Positions 45,808 to 54,997 of a stretch of 64,000 bases of DNA are shown piece by piece. Below the pieces are notes generated by a model. That model saw only the letters and a program-made list of their open reading frames with translations. It made no database searches and was not told the origin of the DNA. The stretch is from a bacterium (GTDB lineage Bacteria > Margulisbacteria > WOR-1 > O2-12-FULL-45-9 > XYB2-FULL-48-7). The stretch covers positions 21,125 through 85,124 of the forward strand of contig JBDRLW010000003.1 of the NCBI GenBank assembly GCA_043812655.1. Reading direction: 5' to 3'. The stretch's first letter is position 1. Every line of letters starts with the position of its first letter. The translations under genes and the position numbers were made by a program.

Positions 45808-47283
45808 ATGGTTACTATGTGGACAAAAGAAACCTTAAAACAGCTTATTAAAGAAAAATTGAACGGCGATCTTTTTATTGTCGCTTCAAACCGCGAGCCG
45901 TATATCCATAAAAGCGGCCCTGAAGGGATCGAATGCATTAACCCGGCGAGCGGCTTGACCTTGGCGCTTGACCCGGTCTTGCGAGCCAGCGGCGGCGTTT
46001 GGGTCGCGCACGGCAGCGGCGATGCCGACCGCAAGGTCGTGGACGAAAAATGCCGCGTGCAGGTCCCTCCCAAAGACCCAAAATATGCCTTAAGAAGGGT
46101 CTGGCTAAATAAGGCCGAAGAAACCGGTTACTATTACGGTTTTTCCAATGAAACTCTTTGGCCGCTCTGCCATATTGTTTACACCAAGCCAAATTTCGAT
46201 GAGTCGGACTGGCTCCACTATAAAGCTGTCAACGAAAAATTCGCCAAAACTATTTTGGATGAGGTTGGCGACCGAAAAGCTTTTGTTTTTATCCAGGACT
46301 ATCACCTCACGCTGGTACCAAAGATGTTAAGGGATGCTAATCCAGAGATTAAATCCGCCCTTTTCTGGCATATCCCCTGGCCAAACCCGGAAGCCTTCCG
46401 CATCAATCCCTGGAAAGAAGAAATATTGTGGGGAATGCTGGGCGCCGACTTGCTTGGTTTTCATATCCACTATCATGTCGACAATTTTTTAAAGACGGTT
46501 GACCAGACCCTAGAGGTCAGGGTCGATAAGGTCGGGACATCTGTGGTTTCCGGCGGCCGGGAAACATTGGTCAAGCCTTTTCCCATCAGCGTTGACTATG
46601 CACAGATCCAAAAAGATGCCAACGCCCCCGAAACTAAACAATTGACCAGCAAACTTAAGAAAGAATATAACCTTGGCTCGCAATTTATCGGGATCGGCAC
46701 GGACCGGATCGATTACACCAAAGGGATCGTCGAGCGGTTTAACGCCGTTGATAAATTATTCGAAAAGTACCCGGAATACGTTGGTAAATTCACCTTTATC
46801 CAAGCGGGCGTCCTAAGCCGGATCCACATCCAAAAATATAAAGACCTCAATGATGACATTAACGCGACCGTTGAGCGGATCAACTGGAAATACAGCAGTG
46901 ACAGCTGGCAGCCGATCGTCATGATCAGGCGGCATTTCACCCAGAAAGAATTAATGGCTTTGTACCAGATGGCCGATGTTTGCCTCGTTTCTTCACTGCA
47001 TGACGGGATGAACCTGGTGGCCAAAGAATATGTCGCGGCGGCTGACGCCAGCAAAGGGATGCTGGTCCTGTCACAATTCACCGGGGCGGCAAGAGAATTG
47101 ACGGATGCTATCTTGATCAACCCTTACGCTCCAGATAGCTTTGCCGAAGCGATCAAGTCCGCGATCGAAATGCCGCAGGAAGAAAGGGAACGGCGGATGA
47201 ATAAAATGAAAGAAGACGTCGCCGAGAATAATATTTACAAGTGGGCCGGCAAGATCATTCAGTCCCTCCTCAGGCTCTCCTGA
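45808..47283 (+). CDS. otsA: alpha,alpha-trehalose-phosphate synthase (GT20)
   Basis: 'FIQDYHLTLVPKMLR' and 'LFWHIPWPNPEAFRINPWKEEIL' are canonical OtsA blocks. 'VNPYAPDSFAEAI' matches the C-terminal motif. Confidence 0.85.
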   Translation: MVTMWTKETLKQLIKEKLNGDLFIVASNREPYIHKSGPEGIECINPASGLTLALDPVLRASGGVWVAHGSGDADRKVVDEKCRVQVPPKDPKYALRRVWLNKAEETGYYYGFSNETLWPLCHIVYTKPNFDESDWLHYKAVNEKFAKTILDEVGDRKAFVFIQDYHLTLVPKMLRDANPEIKSALFWHIPWPNPEAFRINPWKEEILWGMLGADLLGFHIHYHVDNFLKTVDQTLEVRVDKVGTSVVSGGRETLVKPFPISVDYAQIQKDANAPETKQLTSKLKKEYNLGSQFIGIGTDRIDYTKGIVERFNAVDKLFEKYPEYVGKFTFIQAGVLSRIHIQKYKDLNDDINATVERINWKYSSDSWQPIVMIRRHFTQKELMALYQMADVCLVSSLHDGMNLVAKEYVAAADASKGMLVLSQFTGAARELTDAILINPYAPDSFAEAIKSAIEMPQEERERRMNKMKEDVAENNIYKWAGKIIQSLLRLS

Positions 47284-48292
47284 CTATAAATAACAGATAC
47301 CAGCTGCCGATAACAGTTAGGATGATCAATAATGAATTCCAAGAAAACCGCATAAATAATTTCTCTTTTGACTTATTAATGATCGCAACAATGACCAGGC
47401 AAAGGCAGATCACGCCGGCCAGCGCGGTTAAGATGTTCAGGCTGGAGACCGCGCTTAGTAATGGCGCCTGGCGGTAAAACGGGTCAATTACCGAGATCAG
47501 GGCGATGTTAAAAAGAACAGACCCTAAAAGGCTGCTGATAGCCATATCCGGCGCCCCCATCCGCATGGCTGAAGTGGAAACGGTCAACTCCGGCAAAGTC
47601 GTGATCAGCGACAAGATTATGCTGCCGACGAACGTAGCTCCCAATCCGGTCTGGATCGCCAAACTATTGCCCAGGGTTGAAAGCCAGATGCCAGCCACCA
47701 CCACTAGCGCGCCAAAAAAAACGAATTTAGCCAAAACTGAAGCAACTTTCTCTTTGGTGTAGATATTTTCGACCTCAAGTATTTTCCCCTTCTCAAAAAT
47801 AAATATTTGCCTTTGGCCGATCAAATAAATGATGATGACCGCCAGTGTAAATACGTGCCCATTGACTATTGAAGAAAAGAAGATCCCCAGGCAAACTAAG
47901 CCCAACAGTAAAATGGCAAAACCGGCCGATAGAACGTGGCCAAGGTCAAGCTTGCTAAAAACCGACTTGTTCTTGTAAAGGTAATCCATAAAAGCGACCA
48001 GCAGCAAGTTCATCAGGCAAGCGCCAAGAAGATTCCCCACCCCCAGGTCTGGCTTGCCGACAAAAGTCGCGGCGCTCAAGCTATTTGAAAGTTCGGGGAG
48101 AGAAGTGATCGTAGCGAGCAGAACGATCCCGATCCAGCTTCGGCTCAAATTTAATTTTTCGGCCAGGATATCGGCATACTTGGTCAGTAAACTGGCCGCG
48201 ACAAAGATGATCCCGGCACAAAGAAATAATTCTAAAAACAGGGGCATATAAGGATGATACTTAATATTAGCCTTTTTGTCCAACGTAAACAT
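47270..48292 (-). CDS. Ca2+/cation antiporter (CaCA family, YrbG-like) membrane protein
   Basis: About 10 TM helices. Two alpha-repeat motifs 'GNSLPELSNSL' and 'GSIILSLITTLPELTVS'. Confidence 0.6.
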   Translation of the reverse strand: MFTLDKKANIKYHPYMPLFLELFLCAGIIFVAASLLTKYADILAEKLNLSRSWIGIVLLATITSLPELSNSLSAATFVGKPDLGVGNLLGACLMNLLLVAFMDYLYKNKSVFSKLDLGHVLSAGFAILLLGLVCLGIFFSSIVNGHVFTLAVIIIYLIGQRQIFIFEKGKILEVENIYTKEKVASVLAKFVFFGALVVVAGIWLSTLGNSLAIQTGLGATFVGSIILSLITTLPELTVSTSAMRMGAPDMAISSLLGSVLFNIALISVIDPFYRQAPLLSAVSSLNILTALAGVICLCLVIVAIINKSKEKLFMRFSWNSLLIILTVIGSWYLLFIVRRA

Positions 48293-49364
48293 GTGCTATA
48301 CTAAAAAAGGAGGTGTTGATTTGTCTGATTTATACAATATATTAAGCAATCGCCTTTATTTGGTCGCGGGAATAACTTATCTATTTTGGATATTGTTTTG
48401 CTGGATCTTTGTCGGGTATTTTAACCAGTTTGTCGGCAAGCTGGTAAGGAAGACTGAATCCAGGATCGACGATGTCTTGTTGCGTGAGGCAAAGCTTCCG
48501 CTCTGGTTAACCCTGATCGTCCTCGGGTTCTTTGTTGTTTCCAAGACTGTGGGGCTCCCAAACCAGGTAGCGCTCCGGGTCGAGCGTATTACCGGGCTCA
48601 CGATCGTTTTTGTCCTTATTTATTTCATCGCCAGGCTGCTATTGAACATGGCCAAGTTGGCGGCGGAAAAAAATGCCGGGATAAGGAATATCATGCCCAC
48701 TTTTTCGCGGCTGGCAAATTTAGTCGTCTGGGGAACTGGCCTTCTGATGCTGATGGATATTTTTGGGATCTCCGTAACGCCGGTCTTGGCTTCTTTGGGC
48801 ATCGCGGGTTTGGCTGTTGGTTTGGCCCTCCAAGATACGCTCAGTAATTTTTTTGCCGGTATTTATATTTCCGTCAGCCAGCCAGTGAGGCTCGGTGATT
48901 ATATTCAGCTGGAAAATGGCCTGAACGGCTACATAACGAATATTGGCTGGCGCGAAACCAGGATCAAGACCTTGCCCAATAATATGGTCATCGTCCCTAA
49001 TTCAAAATTATCCCAGTCGATCGTCACTAATTATTATCTGCCTCAGGCCGAAATGGCCTGTTTGGTGCAAGTCGGCGTTAGTTATGACAGTGATCTGGCC
49101 AAAGTGGAAAAAGTTACGGTTGAAGTCGGCCGTGAAGTTTTACAGAAAGTCTCCGGCGGAGTAAAGTCGTTCGAGCCTTTTATCCGCTACCATACATTCG
49201 CTGATTTCAGCATTAATTTTACGGTGATCTTGCGGGTCCTTGAATTTACAGACAAGTATTTAGTGACCCACGAATTCATCAAGGCCTTGCATCAGCGATA
49301 TAAACAGGAAGGCATCCAGATACCTTTCCCGATCAGGGATATAAACATCAAAAAAAGCGGATAA
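48276..49364 (+). CDS. mechanosensitive ion channel family protein (MscS)
   Basis: N-terminal TM helices followed by the MscS beta-domain 'PVRLGDYIQLENGLNGYITNIGWRETRIKTLPNNMVIVPNSKL'. Confidence 0.7.
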   Translation: MSNVNMCYTKKGGVDLSDLYNILSNRLYLVAGITYLFWILFCWIFVGYFNQFVGKLVRKTESRIDDVLLREAKLPLWLTLIVLGFFVVSKTVGLPNQVALRVERITGLTIVFVLIYFIARLLLNMAKLAAEKNAGIRNIMPTFSRLANLVVWGTGLLMLMDIFGISVTPVLASLGIAGLAVGLALQDTLSNFFAGIYISVSQPVRLGDYIQLENGLNGYITNIGWRETRIKTLPNNMVIVPNSKLSQSIVTNYYLPQAEMACLVQVGVSYDSDLAKVEKVTVEVGREVLQKVSGGVKSFEPFIRYHTFADFSINFTVILRVLEFTDKYLVTHEFIKALHQRYKQEGIQIPFPIRDINIKKSG

Positions 49365-49368
49365 AAGC

Positions 49369-50745
49369 TCAAGAAGATTCAGTTTTTGCCAAATACTTTT
49401 TTGGGATCTCCCCGGCCAGTGCCAGCGCCACTTTGGTCAGTAAAGGTCCGATAAGTTCATAGATGATCACCGATGACAGGACGATGGTGATGATCACCGC
49501 TCCGATCTCCGGAAGTTTGGCCTCCACTGACATTGACACTCCGATCGCTACCCCAGCTTGCGGGATCAAGCTGATACCTAAGTATTTTTGGACAGGGGCC
49601 GGCTCTTCAGTTAACCTGGCGCTCCAAAACGCGCCAATAAATTTACCAATGACCCGGGAAATAATATAGACAACGCCGACCAAGCCGATCTGGTTCAAGA
49701 GGCCAAGGTGTAACATCGCTCCGGAGATCACAAAAAAAGCGACGTAAAAAGGCGGACCGGTTAATTTTAGGCCATCCAGCACTTTCCGCCCTTTGGTCGA
49801 GATATTAACAATCGTGGCGCCAACCGCCATTGTCGTCAAAAGCGGAGAAAGATTAAAAGTAGTGGCCGCGCCAACGCTAAACAGGACCCCTCCCAAGATG
49901 ACCATTAGTTGCTCATTATCGTTTTTAGTCGACTGCTCCCAAAGGTTAAGAGCGTAACCGATCAATATCCCAAAGGCCAACGATCCAATGATCACCCAGA
50001 ACGGTTCAATGAAAAAAGTGATAGTGCTAAGCAGGTCCAGAGGATTTGCCCTGGCGGCAACGATCATTTTAGTTATAGAAAAGAATATATGGAAAAGCAG
50101 CAAGCAAAAGATATTGTTTAAGGCCACGACCGCGAGTAAGACATCCGTTAACCTTCCCCGGCTGCGATATTCCCTGACGACCATCAGGGTTGCCGCCGGC
50201 GCGGTGGCGGTGGCGATCGCCCCGATCAAAAGCGCAATATGCAAAGGCTGGCCTAGCATGAACATTGCCCCTCCTACTATTAAAAAGGCGCCTAAAACTT
50301 CGGCGAGCGCGATGTAAATAACTTTAGGCCCGACAGCAATAAAGTGTTTAAGCTCAAATTCCGCGCCGATCGCTAAAATTATCAGGCCAAGCGTAAATTC
50401 GCTGATCACTGTCACATTGCTGATCGTTTCGCTGGTCATTAAACCCAGGACTGAAGGGCCGATCAAAATGCCGGCGACCAGGTAGCCGGTCACTTTCGGT
50501 ATTTTAATATTTTGGGCAAGCTCTCCCATGATCAGGCCAAAGAGCAAAGTCAGCGCGACCGCCATGATGCTGTTCATCGGACGGAAAAAACGAGTGGCCA
50601 GAAAACCCAGGACAAGGATAAAGCCGATGATAATAATAAAATCGCCGGTTTGCGGCAGACGCCGGATGGTCTTTAAATAATTGCGCAGCCGTTTTAAGCG
50701 GTCGATCATGCCGTCAATTATAAACACAATTAACGGCCAGGGCAA
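49369..50745 (-). CDS. cation:proton antiporter (CPA family Na+/H+ or K+/H+ exchanger)
   Basis: 458 aa with about 12 TM. Sodium/hydrogen exchanger family-like composition. C-terminus lacks a TrkA domain. Confidence 0.65.
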   Translation of the reverse strand: MPWPLIVFIIDGMIDRLKRLRNYLKTIRRLPQTGDFIIIIGFILVLGFLATRFFRPMNSIMAVALTLLFGLIMGELAQNIKIPKVTGYLVAGILIGPSVLGLMTSETISNVTVISEFTLGLIILAIGAEFELKHFIAVGPKVIYIALAEVLGAFLIVGGAMFMLGQPLHIALLIGAIATATAPAATLMVVREYRSRGRLTDVLLAVVALNNIFCLLLFHIFFSITKMIVAARANPLDLLSTITFFIEPFWVIIGSLAFGILIGYALNLWEQSTKNDNEQLMVILGGVLFSVGAATTFNLSPLLTTMAVGATIVNISTKGRKVLDGLKLTGPPFYVAFFVISGAMLHLGLLNQIGLVGVVYIISRVIGKFIGAFWSARLTEEPAPVQKYLGISLIPQAGVAIGVSMSVEAKLPEIGAVIITIVLSSVIIYELIGPLLTKVALALAGEIPKKYLAKTESS

Positions 50746-50776
50746 ATGTTTTTAATTTCTGTTATAATAACTGGCA

Positions 50777-51496
50777 ATGCGCTACCTATTATTGCTTGAT
50801 TACGATGGCACCTTGGCCCCGATAAAAAAACACCCAAAACTCGCCCGTCTTTCTCCGCCCAGAAAAACATTTTTGCGCCAGCTGGCTAAACATCCAAAAA
50901 TAAAGATCGCGGTGATCTCAGGCCGAAAGTTGTCAGACCTAAAAAAAATGATCGGCCTCCCCAAGATCATCTATGTCGGCAACCATGGGTTTGAGATCGA
51001 AATTAATGGGAAACATAAAACCCACCCTGCCGCCAGAAAGATCATCCCGACTCTCAAGCGGATCAAGGCGATCTTAGCCAATAAGCTCAAAGTTAAAGGG
51101 GCCTGGGTTGAAGATAAAGACCTGACCCTGACCATTCATTACCGCCAAGCAGCCAAGAAGAGGTTAAAAGAATTTTATCAGCTATTTGATCAATTAACTA
51201 AACCCTGGCAAGGAAAAATAAAGATTACCAAAGGCAAAAAGGTCTTCGAGATCCGCTCACCCTTTGACTGGGATAAGGGAAAAGCGGTAGAATGGCTGAT
51301 CGCTAAATTAAAAATGGAAAATTACCTGCCGATCTATATTGGCGATGATAAAACGGATGAGGATGCCTTCATCGTTTTAAAAGGCAGGGGCAAGACGATT
51401 CACGTTGGCAACGGAAAGACCCTAGCTGAAACGCGGGTTAAAAATATTAGCGGCGTTTACGGTTATTTAAGAGGACTTTATAATGATGCGAGCTAA
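50777..51496 (+). CDS. otsB: trehalose-6-phosphate phosphatase (HAD-IIB)
   Basis: 'LLLDYDGTLAPI' HAD motif I with DxD. 'YIGDDKTDEDAF' motif IV. Confidence 0.75.
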   Translation: MRYLLLLDYDGTLAPIKKHPKLARLSPPRKTFLRQLAKHPKIKIAVISGRKLSDLKKMIGLPKIIYVGNHGFEIEINGKHKTHPAARKIIPTLKRIKAILANKLKVKGAWVEDKDLTLTIHYRQAAKKRLKEFYQLFDQLTKPWQGKIKITKGKKVFEIRSPFDWDKGKAVEWLIAKLKMENYLPIYIGDDKTDEDAFIVLKGRGKTIHVGNGKTLAETRVKNISGVYGYLRGLYNDAS

Positions 51497-52178
51497 GGCT
51501 CCTTTTACTTTCTATACCTCATCACAGCTAGTTGAGATCACTGGCCGAAAAGCCGCGACCCTGAAAGAATTTCTGGGAACCATCAAAGAGATCGAAGAGC
51601 CTTCGATCTTCTACCATGTCCACCATGCCTTCCGGGAGCACCAGTTCGCGCCCGGCCTTTATACCAACGACTTCGCGCATTGGGTCGCCGATGAATTAAA
51701 TGAAAAAGCCCTGGCCGAAAAACTGGCCAACATTAACCTCAAGGATTACTTGGAAATAAACTCCCTGCGGGCAAAGATCGTTGAAATAATCACCAACCAT
51801 TTAAAGACCAATCCCGATGACAACAGCAACCTTGTAGCCAAGCATAAGTTTTATTTCTGTAAAAATGTTGGGGTTGTCATGAAGACCAAATGCGCCGCCT
51901 GGGACCTGGAAGAGTTTTGTGAGATGCTGCGCCGGGTCGGCCTCCGCTCCCTTTTCTTCCATTTTTTTGAGGCCCGCCTAAGGCTGGGGCATAAGACCAA
52001 TGACTTTTCCGATTGGATCAAATTTAATTTTAATAACGACAAGCTAGCGCGGCAGATCGAAGCTTTGGACCCCTATTTATACACGATGGACCAGCTCCGG
52101 GACCAGATCATCAGTTTGATCCAAGGAAAAAAAGAGGATCTGGTCAGCAAAATAATAAAATGGCTAAAAATAGGATAG
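51483..52178 (+). CDS. hypothetical protein, conserved-looking, embedded in the trehalose locus
   Basis: 231 aa, no recognisable motif. Overlaps both neighbours, consistent with translational coupling between otsB and the treT-like gene. Confidence 0.4.
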   Translation: MMRAKAPFTFYTSSQLVEITGRKAATLKEFLGTIKEIEEPSIFYHVHHAFREHQFAPGLYTNDFAHWVADELNEKALAEKLANINLKDYLEINSLRAKIVEIITNHLKTNPDDNSNLVAKHKFYFCKNVGVVMKTKCAAWDLEEFCEMLRRVGLRSLFFHFFEARLRLGHKTNDFSDWIKFNFNNDKLARQIEALDPYLYTMDQLRDQIISLIQGKKEDLVSKIIKWLKIG

Positions 52179-53389
52179 AAGAATATTCAAAGATAATCCG
52201 GCCGCAAAATTTTGATGAGATCATGCTTTTGGCCGAAAAAGTCAAGGGCCGGCGCATTAAGATGGTCAACGCGACCGCGGTCGGCGGAGGAGTGGCGGAA
52301 ATATTGACCCGCGTCGTCCCGCTTTTTAACGATCTTGGGATCAAGACAAAATGGGAAGTCATTAAAGGGAGCGGTGAATTCTTTGGAGTAACTAAAGCTT
52401 TTCATAACGCCCTCCATGGGAGTAAAGCTGATATTACCGAACAAATGTTGAATATTTTCAACGAAACCACGAAAGCCAATATTGCCGAAATGAATTTTGA
52501 AGAAGATGTTATCATCATTCATGACCCCCAGCCCGCTGGTCTGATTGAAGCCAAAGAAAGATCAAAAGCCAAATGGGTCTGGCGTTGTCATATCGATACT
52601 TCCCACCCGCAAGCTGATGTCTGGGGTTTTCTCAAGAATTACGTCGGGAAATATGACGCTTCTATCTTTTCGACGCCTTGGTTCGCTAAAGAACTGCCGA
52701 TACCGCAATATTTTATTTATCCGGCGATCGACCCTCTCGCCGAAAAAAACCGCGATTTGCCGGCCCACGAAGTGAACGCGATCATGCAAAAATACAAGCT
52801 CGACCGGTCCCGCCCGATCATTACCCAGGTCTCAAGATTCGATTATTTAAAAGACCCTCTGGGAGTGATCGAAACATATAAACTAGTAAAAAAACATCTT
52901 AATTGCCAGCTGGTGCTGGCTGGCGGCGGAGCCAGCGATGATCCCGAGGGCGGCCAGGTCTTAAATGCGGTCCAAGAAGCGGCCAAAGGGGATCCTGACA
53001 TCCATATTTTATTGCTCCCGCCGTTCGCTGACCTGGAAATTAACGCCCTGCAACGGGCTTCGACCGTGATCTTGCAAAAATCGCTGCGGGAAGGCTTTGG
53101 CTTAACCGTCACCGAAGCTTTATGGAAGGCCAAACCGGTAGTAGCTTCAGCCGTTGGAGGGATAACTCTTCAGGTTATCCATAATTTTACCGGAATGCTG
53201 GTCCATTCAATTGAAGGCGCGGCCTATCAGATCCGATATTTGATCAATAACCCTCAAGTTGCCAAAAAGTTGGGAGAATATGGCAGGGAACATGTCAGGG
53301 AAAAATTCCTGATAACCAGGAAGATCCGGAATTATTTGCTCCTGCTTATTGCCTTAGAAAACCCCGGGAAAGATGTTATCCAGTTGTAA
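52160..53389 (+). CDS. GT4 glycosyltransferase, trehalose glycosyltransferring synthase (TreT)-like
   Basis: 'VNATAVGGGVAEIL' near the N-terminus resembles the TreT 'STxxGGGVAEIL' motif. C-terminal GT-B EX7E region 'EGFGLTVTEALWKAKPVVAS'. Confidence 0.55.
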   Translation: MAKNRIEEYSKIIRPQNFDEIMLLAEKVKGRRIKMVNATAVGGGVAEILTRVVPLFNDLGIKTKWEVIKGSGEFFGVTKAFHNALHGSKADITEQMLNIFNETTKANIAEMNFEEDVIIIHDPQPAGLIEAKERSKAKWVWRCHIDTSHPQADVWGFLKNYVGKYDASIFSTPWFAKELPIPQYFIYPAIDPLAEKNRDLPAHEVNAIMQKYKLDRSRPIITQVSRFDYLKDPLGVIETYKLVKKHLNCQLVLAGGGASDDPEGGQVLNAVQEAAKGDPDIHILLLPPFADLEINALQRASTVILQKSLREGFGLTVTEALWKAKPVVASAVGGITLQVIHNFTGMLVHSIEGAAYQIRYLINNPQVAKKLGEYGREHVREKFLITRKIRNYLLLLIALENPGKDVIQL

Positions 53390-53442
53390 TGCCATATGGG
53401 GTTGACGGGTGCAAGTTTTTTGTTTATGATACCGATAAATAA

Positions 53443-54180
53443 ATGGAGGAGCATTTGACTTTTAAGCTCGCGCAAATTGATGCCACCTTCCCTCGCCTGC
53501 AACCGGATAATAGTACGCAAACCAACTCGAACCAATCATTCGACGAGAAATTAAAATTCGCCCAAGCCCGGCTGGGCGGGATCTTTGGCCAATTCGGTCC
53601 TTTTTTTTCTTATCCGCCGAATTTATACTTTTCTTTTGAACAACCAGAAAGTGACTATAAAACTTACGAGATCCCGGAACAATATAAGGCCCAGACGGAA
53701 AAAAACAATGATGCGGCTAAAGATATCAGTACCAGGAACGATCATACTCCCCATATTTTTGAATCTTTGCCGACACAAACCATCAGCAAACAAACGCTTC
53801 AACAGCTGTTAACCCAAACCGGTTGGCTGGTGCCAAATATGGAAGCCTCACCTAGCATGTTCCAAGCCTTCCTTGACGGGAAATTAGCCCCTAAGCTTGA
53901 TATGCAATCGCTGATCGACCAAATAGCCGAACAAGTTAAAATGGTCAAAGGGAAAGGAAAAACAGAATTATCGATGACGCTTAAACCGGCCGAGCTGGGA
54001 GACATCTTATTAACATTGACATCTAACGCCGGCGCGGTTTCGATCCAGATCCAGGCAACCCAAGAAACAAAGAAATTAATCGACGCTAAAAAAGAAGAGC
54101 TTGAACGGGCGCTAAAAAGCGCTAAAATAGAGCTGGCCCAATTAAAGATCATGGAGGTGAAGCCGTATGTCGATGTTTGA
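53443..54180 (+). CDS. fliK: flagellar hook-length control protein FliK-like (Flg_hook domain)
   Basis: C-terminal 'LKPAELGDILLTLTSNAGAVSIQIQATQETKKLIDAKKEELERALKSA' matches the Flg_hook consensus (L.P.eLG.v.v.l....v.v.f.a....). Confidence 0.5.
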   Translation: MEEHLTFKLAQIDATFPRLQPDNSTQTNSNQSFDEKLKFAQARLGGIFGQFGPFFSYPPNLYFSFEQPESDYKTYEIPEQYKAQTEKNNDAAKDISTRNDHTPHIFESLPTQTISKQTLQQLLTQTGWLVPNMEASPSMFQAFLDGKLAPKLDMQSLIDQIAEQVKMVKGKGKTELSMTLKPAELGDILLTLTSNAGAVSIQIQATQETKKLIDAKKEELERALKSAKIELAQLKIMEVKPYVDV

Positions 54181-54988
54181 TGTCATGTCCCAGGCCAAAA
54201 ACGCGATCGATGCTTATAACCAAGCCCTGCAGGTCAACTCGGCTAATATCGCCGGCATGAATGTCCCCGGCTTCAAACGGATTGACGCTTCTTTCCAAAC
54301 TATTTTTGAAAGAGTCCTCTCCCAGGGAACGGCGGCAAGCAATAATATGGGTGGAACTAATCCGCGGCAAGAAGGATCCGGCATCTCTCTTTCCAGTGTT
54401 GCCGTTGATTTTTCCAACGGCCAAACAACGACCGGCGCACCGCTTGATTTAGCCATTTCCGGTTCAGGGTTGTTCGTTGTCTCTCCCGACGGCGGCAATA
54501 CTTATTTGTATTCCAGGGTCGGTAATTTCCAGATCAATAGTGCTGGCAATTTAACTTCAAATGGGATGCAGGTTTACGGCTTTAATTCTTCCGGTGCGGT
54601 CACTCCGATCACCGGCCTTCCTTCCGGCAATAAGTCTAATTACCAGTGGCAGCCAGATGGAACACTAGAATATACTTCAGACGGCGGCACCACATACACT
54701 TCAACCGGTTACAAGATCGCCTTAACTTACTTTGCTAATCCTGGCGGTCTAGCACAGGCTCAAGGTTCATCTTTTAGGGAAACCATTGCCTCCGGTTCTC
54801 CCGCCACCTTTGGAAATCCTGGCGGAGTTTATGGTACAGTGAGCGGCGGCTTTATCGAACAATCAAATGTTGTTTACCTGACCGAAACTATCAATTCTCT
54901 TGAATTGCAAAAAGCGCTCAACGGTAATTTAACAGTAATAAAAATGGCGTCGGACTTGATCACCAGTTTCATCCAAAAGTTAGGATAA
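54167..54988 (+). CDS. flagellar hook/rod protein (FlgE/FlgG family)
   Basis: N-terminal 'VNSANIAGMNVPGFKR' Flg_bb_rod motif. 'DLAISGSGLFVV' hook-like. C-terminal 'IEQSNVVYLTETINSLELQKALNGN' Flg_bbr_C. Confidence 0.65.
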   Translation: MSMFDVMSQAKNAIDAYNQALQVNSANIAGMNVPGFKRIDASFQTIFERVLSQGTAASNNMGGTNPRQEGSGISLSSVAVDFSNGQTTTGAPLDLAISGSGLFVVSPDGGNTYLYSRVGNFQINSAGNLTSNGMQVYGFNSSGAVTPITGLPSGNKSNYQWQPDGTLEYTSDGGTTYTSTGYKIALTYFANPGGLAQAQGSSFRETIASGSPATFGNPGGVYGTVSGGFIEQSNVVYLTETINSLELQKALNGNLTVIKMASDLITSFIQKLG

Positions 54989-54997
54989 GCTATATAA

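Noticed and set aside
46713-47120. 135-aa minus-strand ORF inside otsA
   Set aside because: Antisense to a canonical OtsA. No motif.
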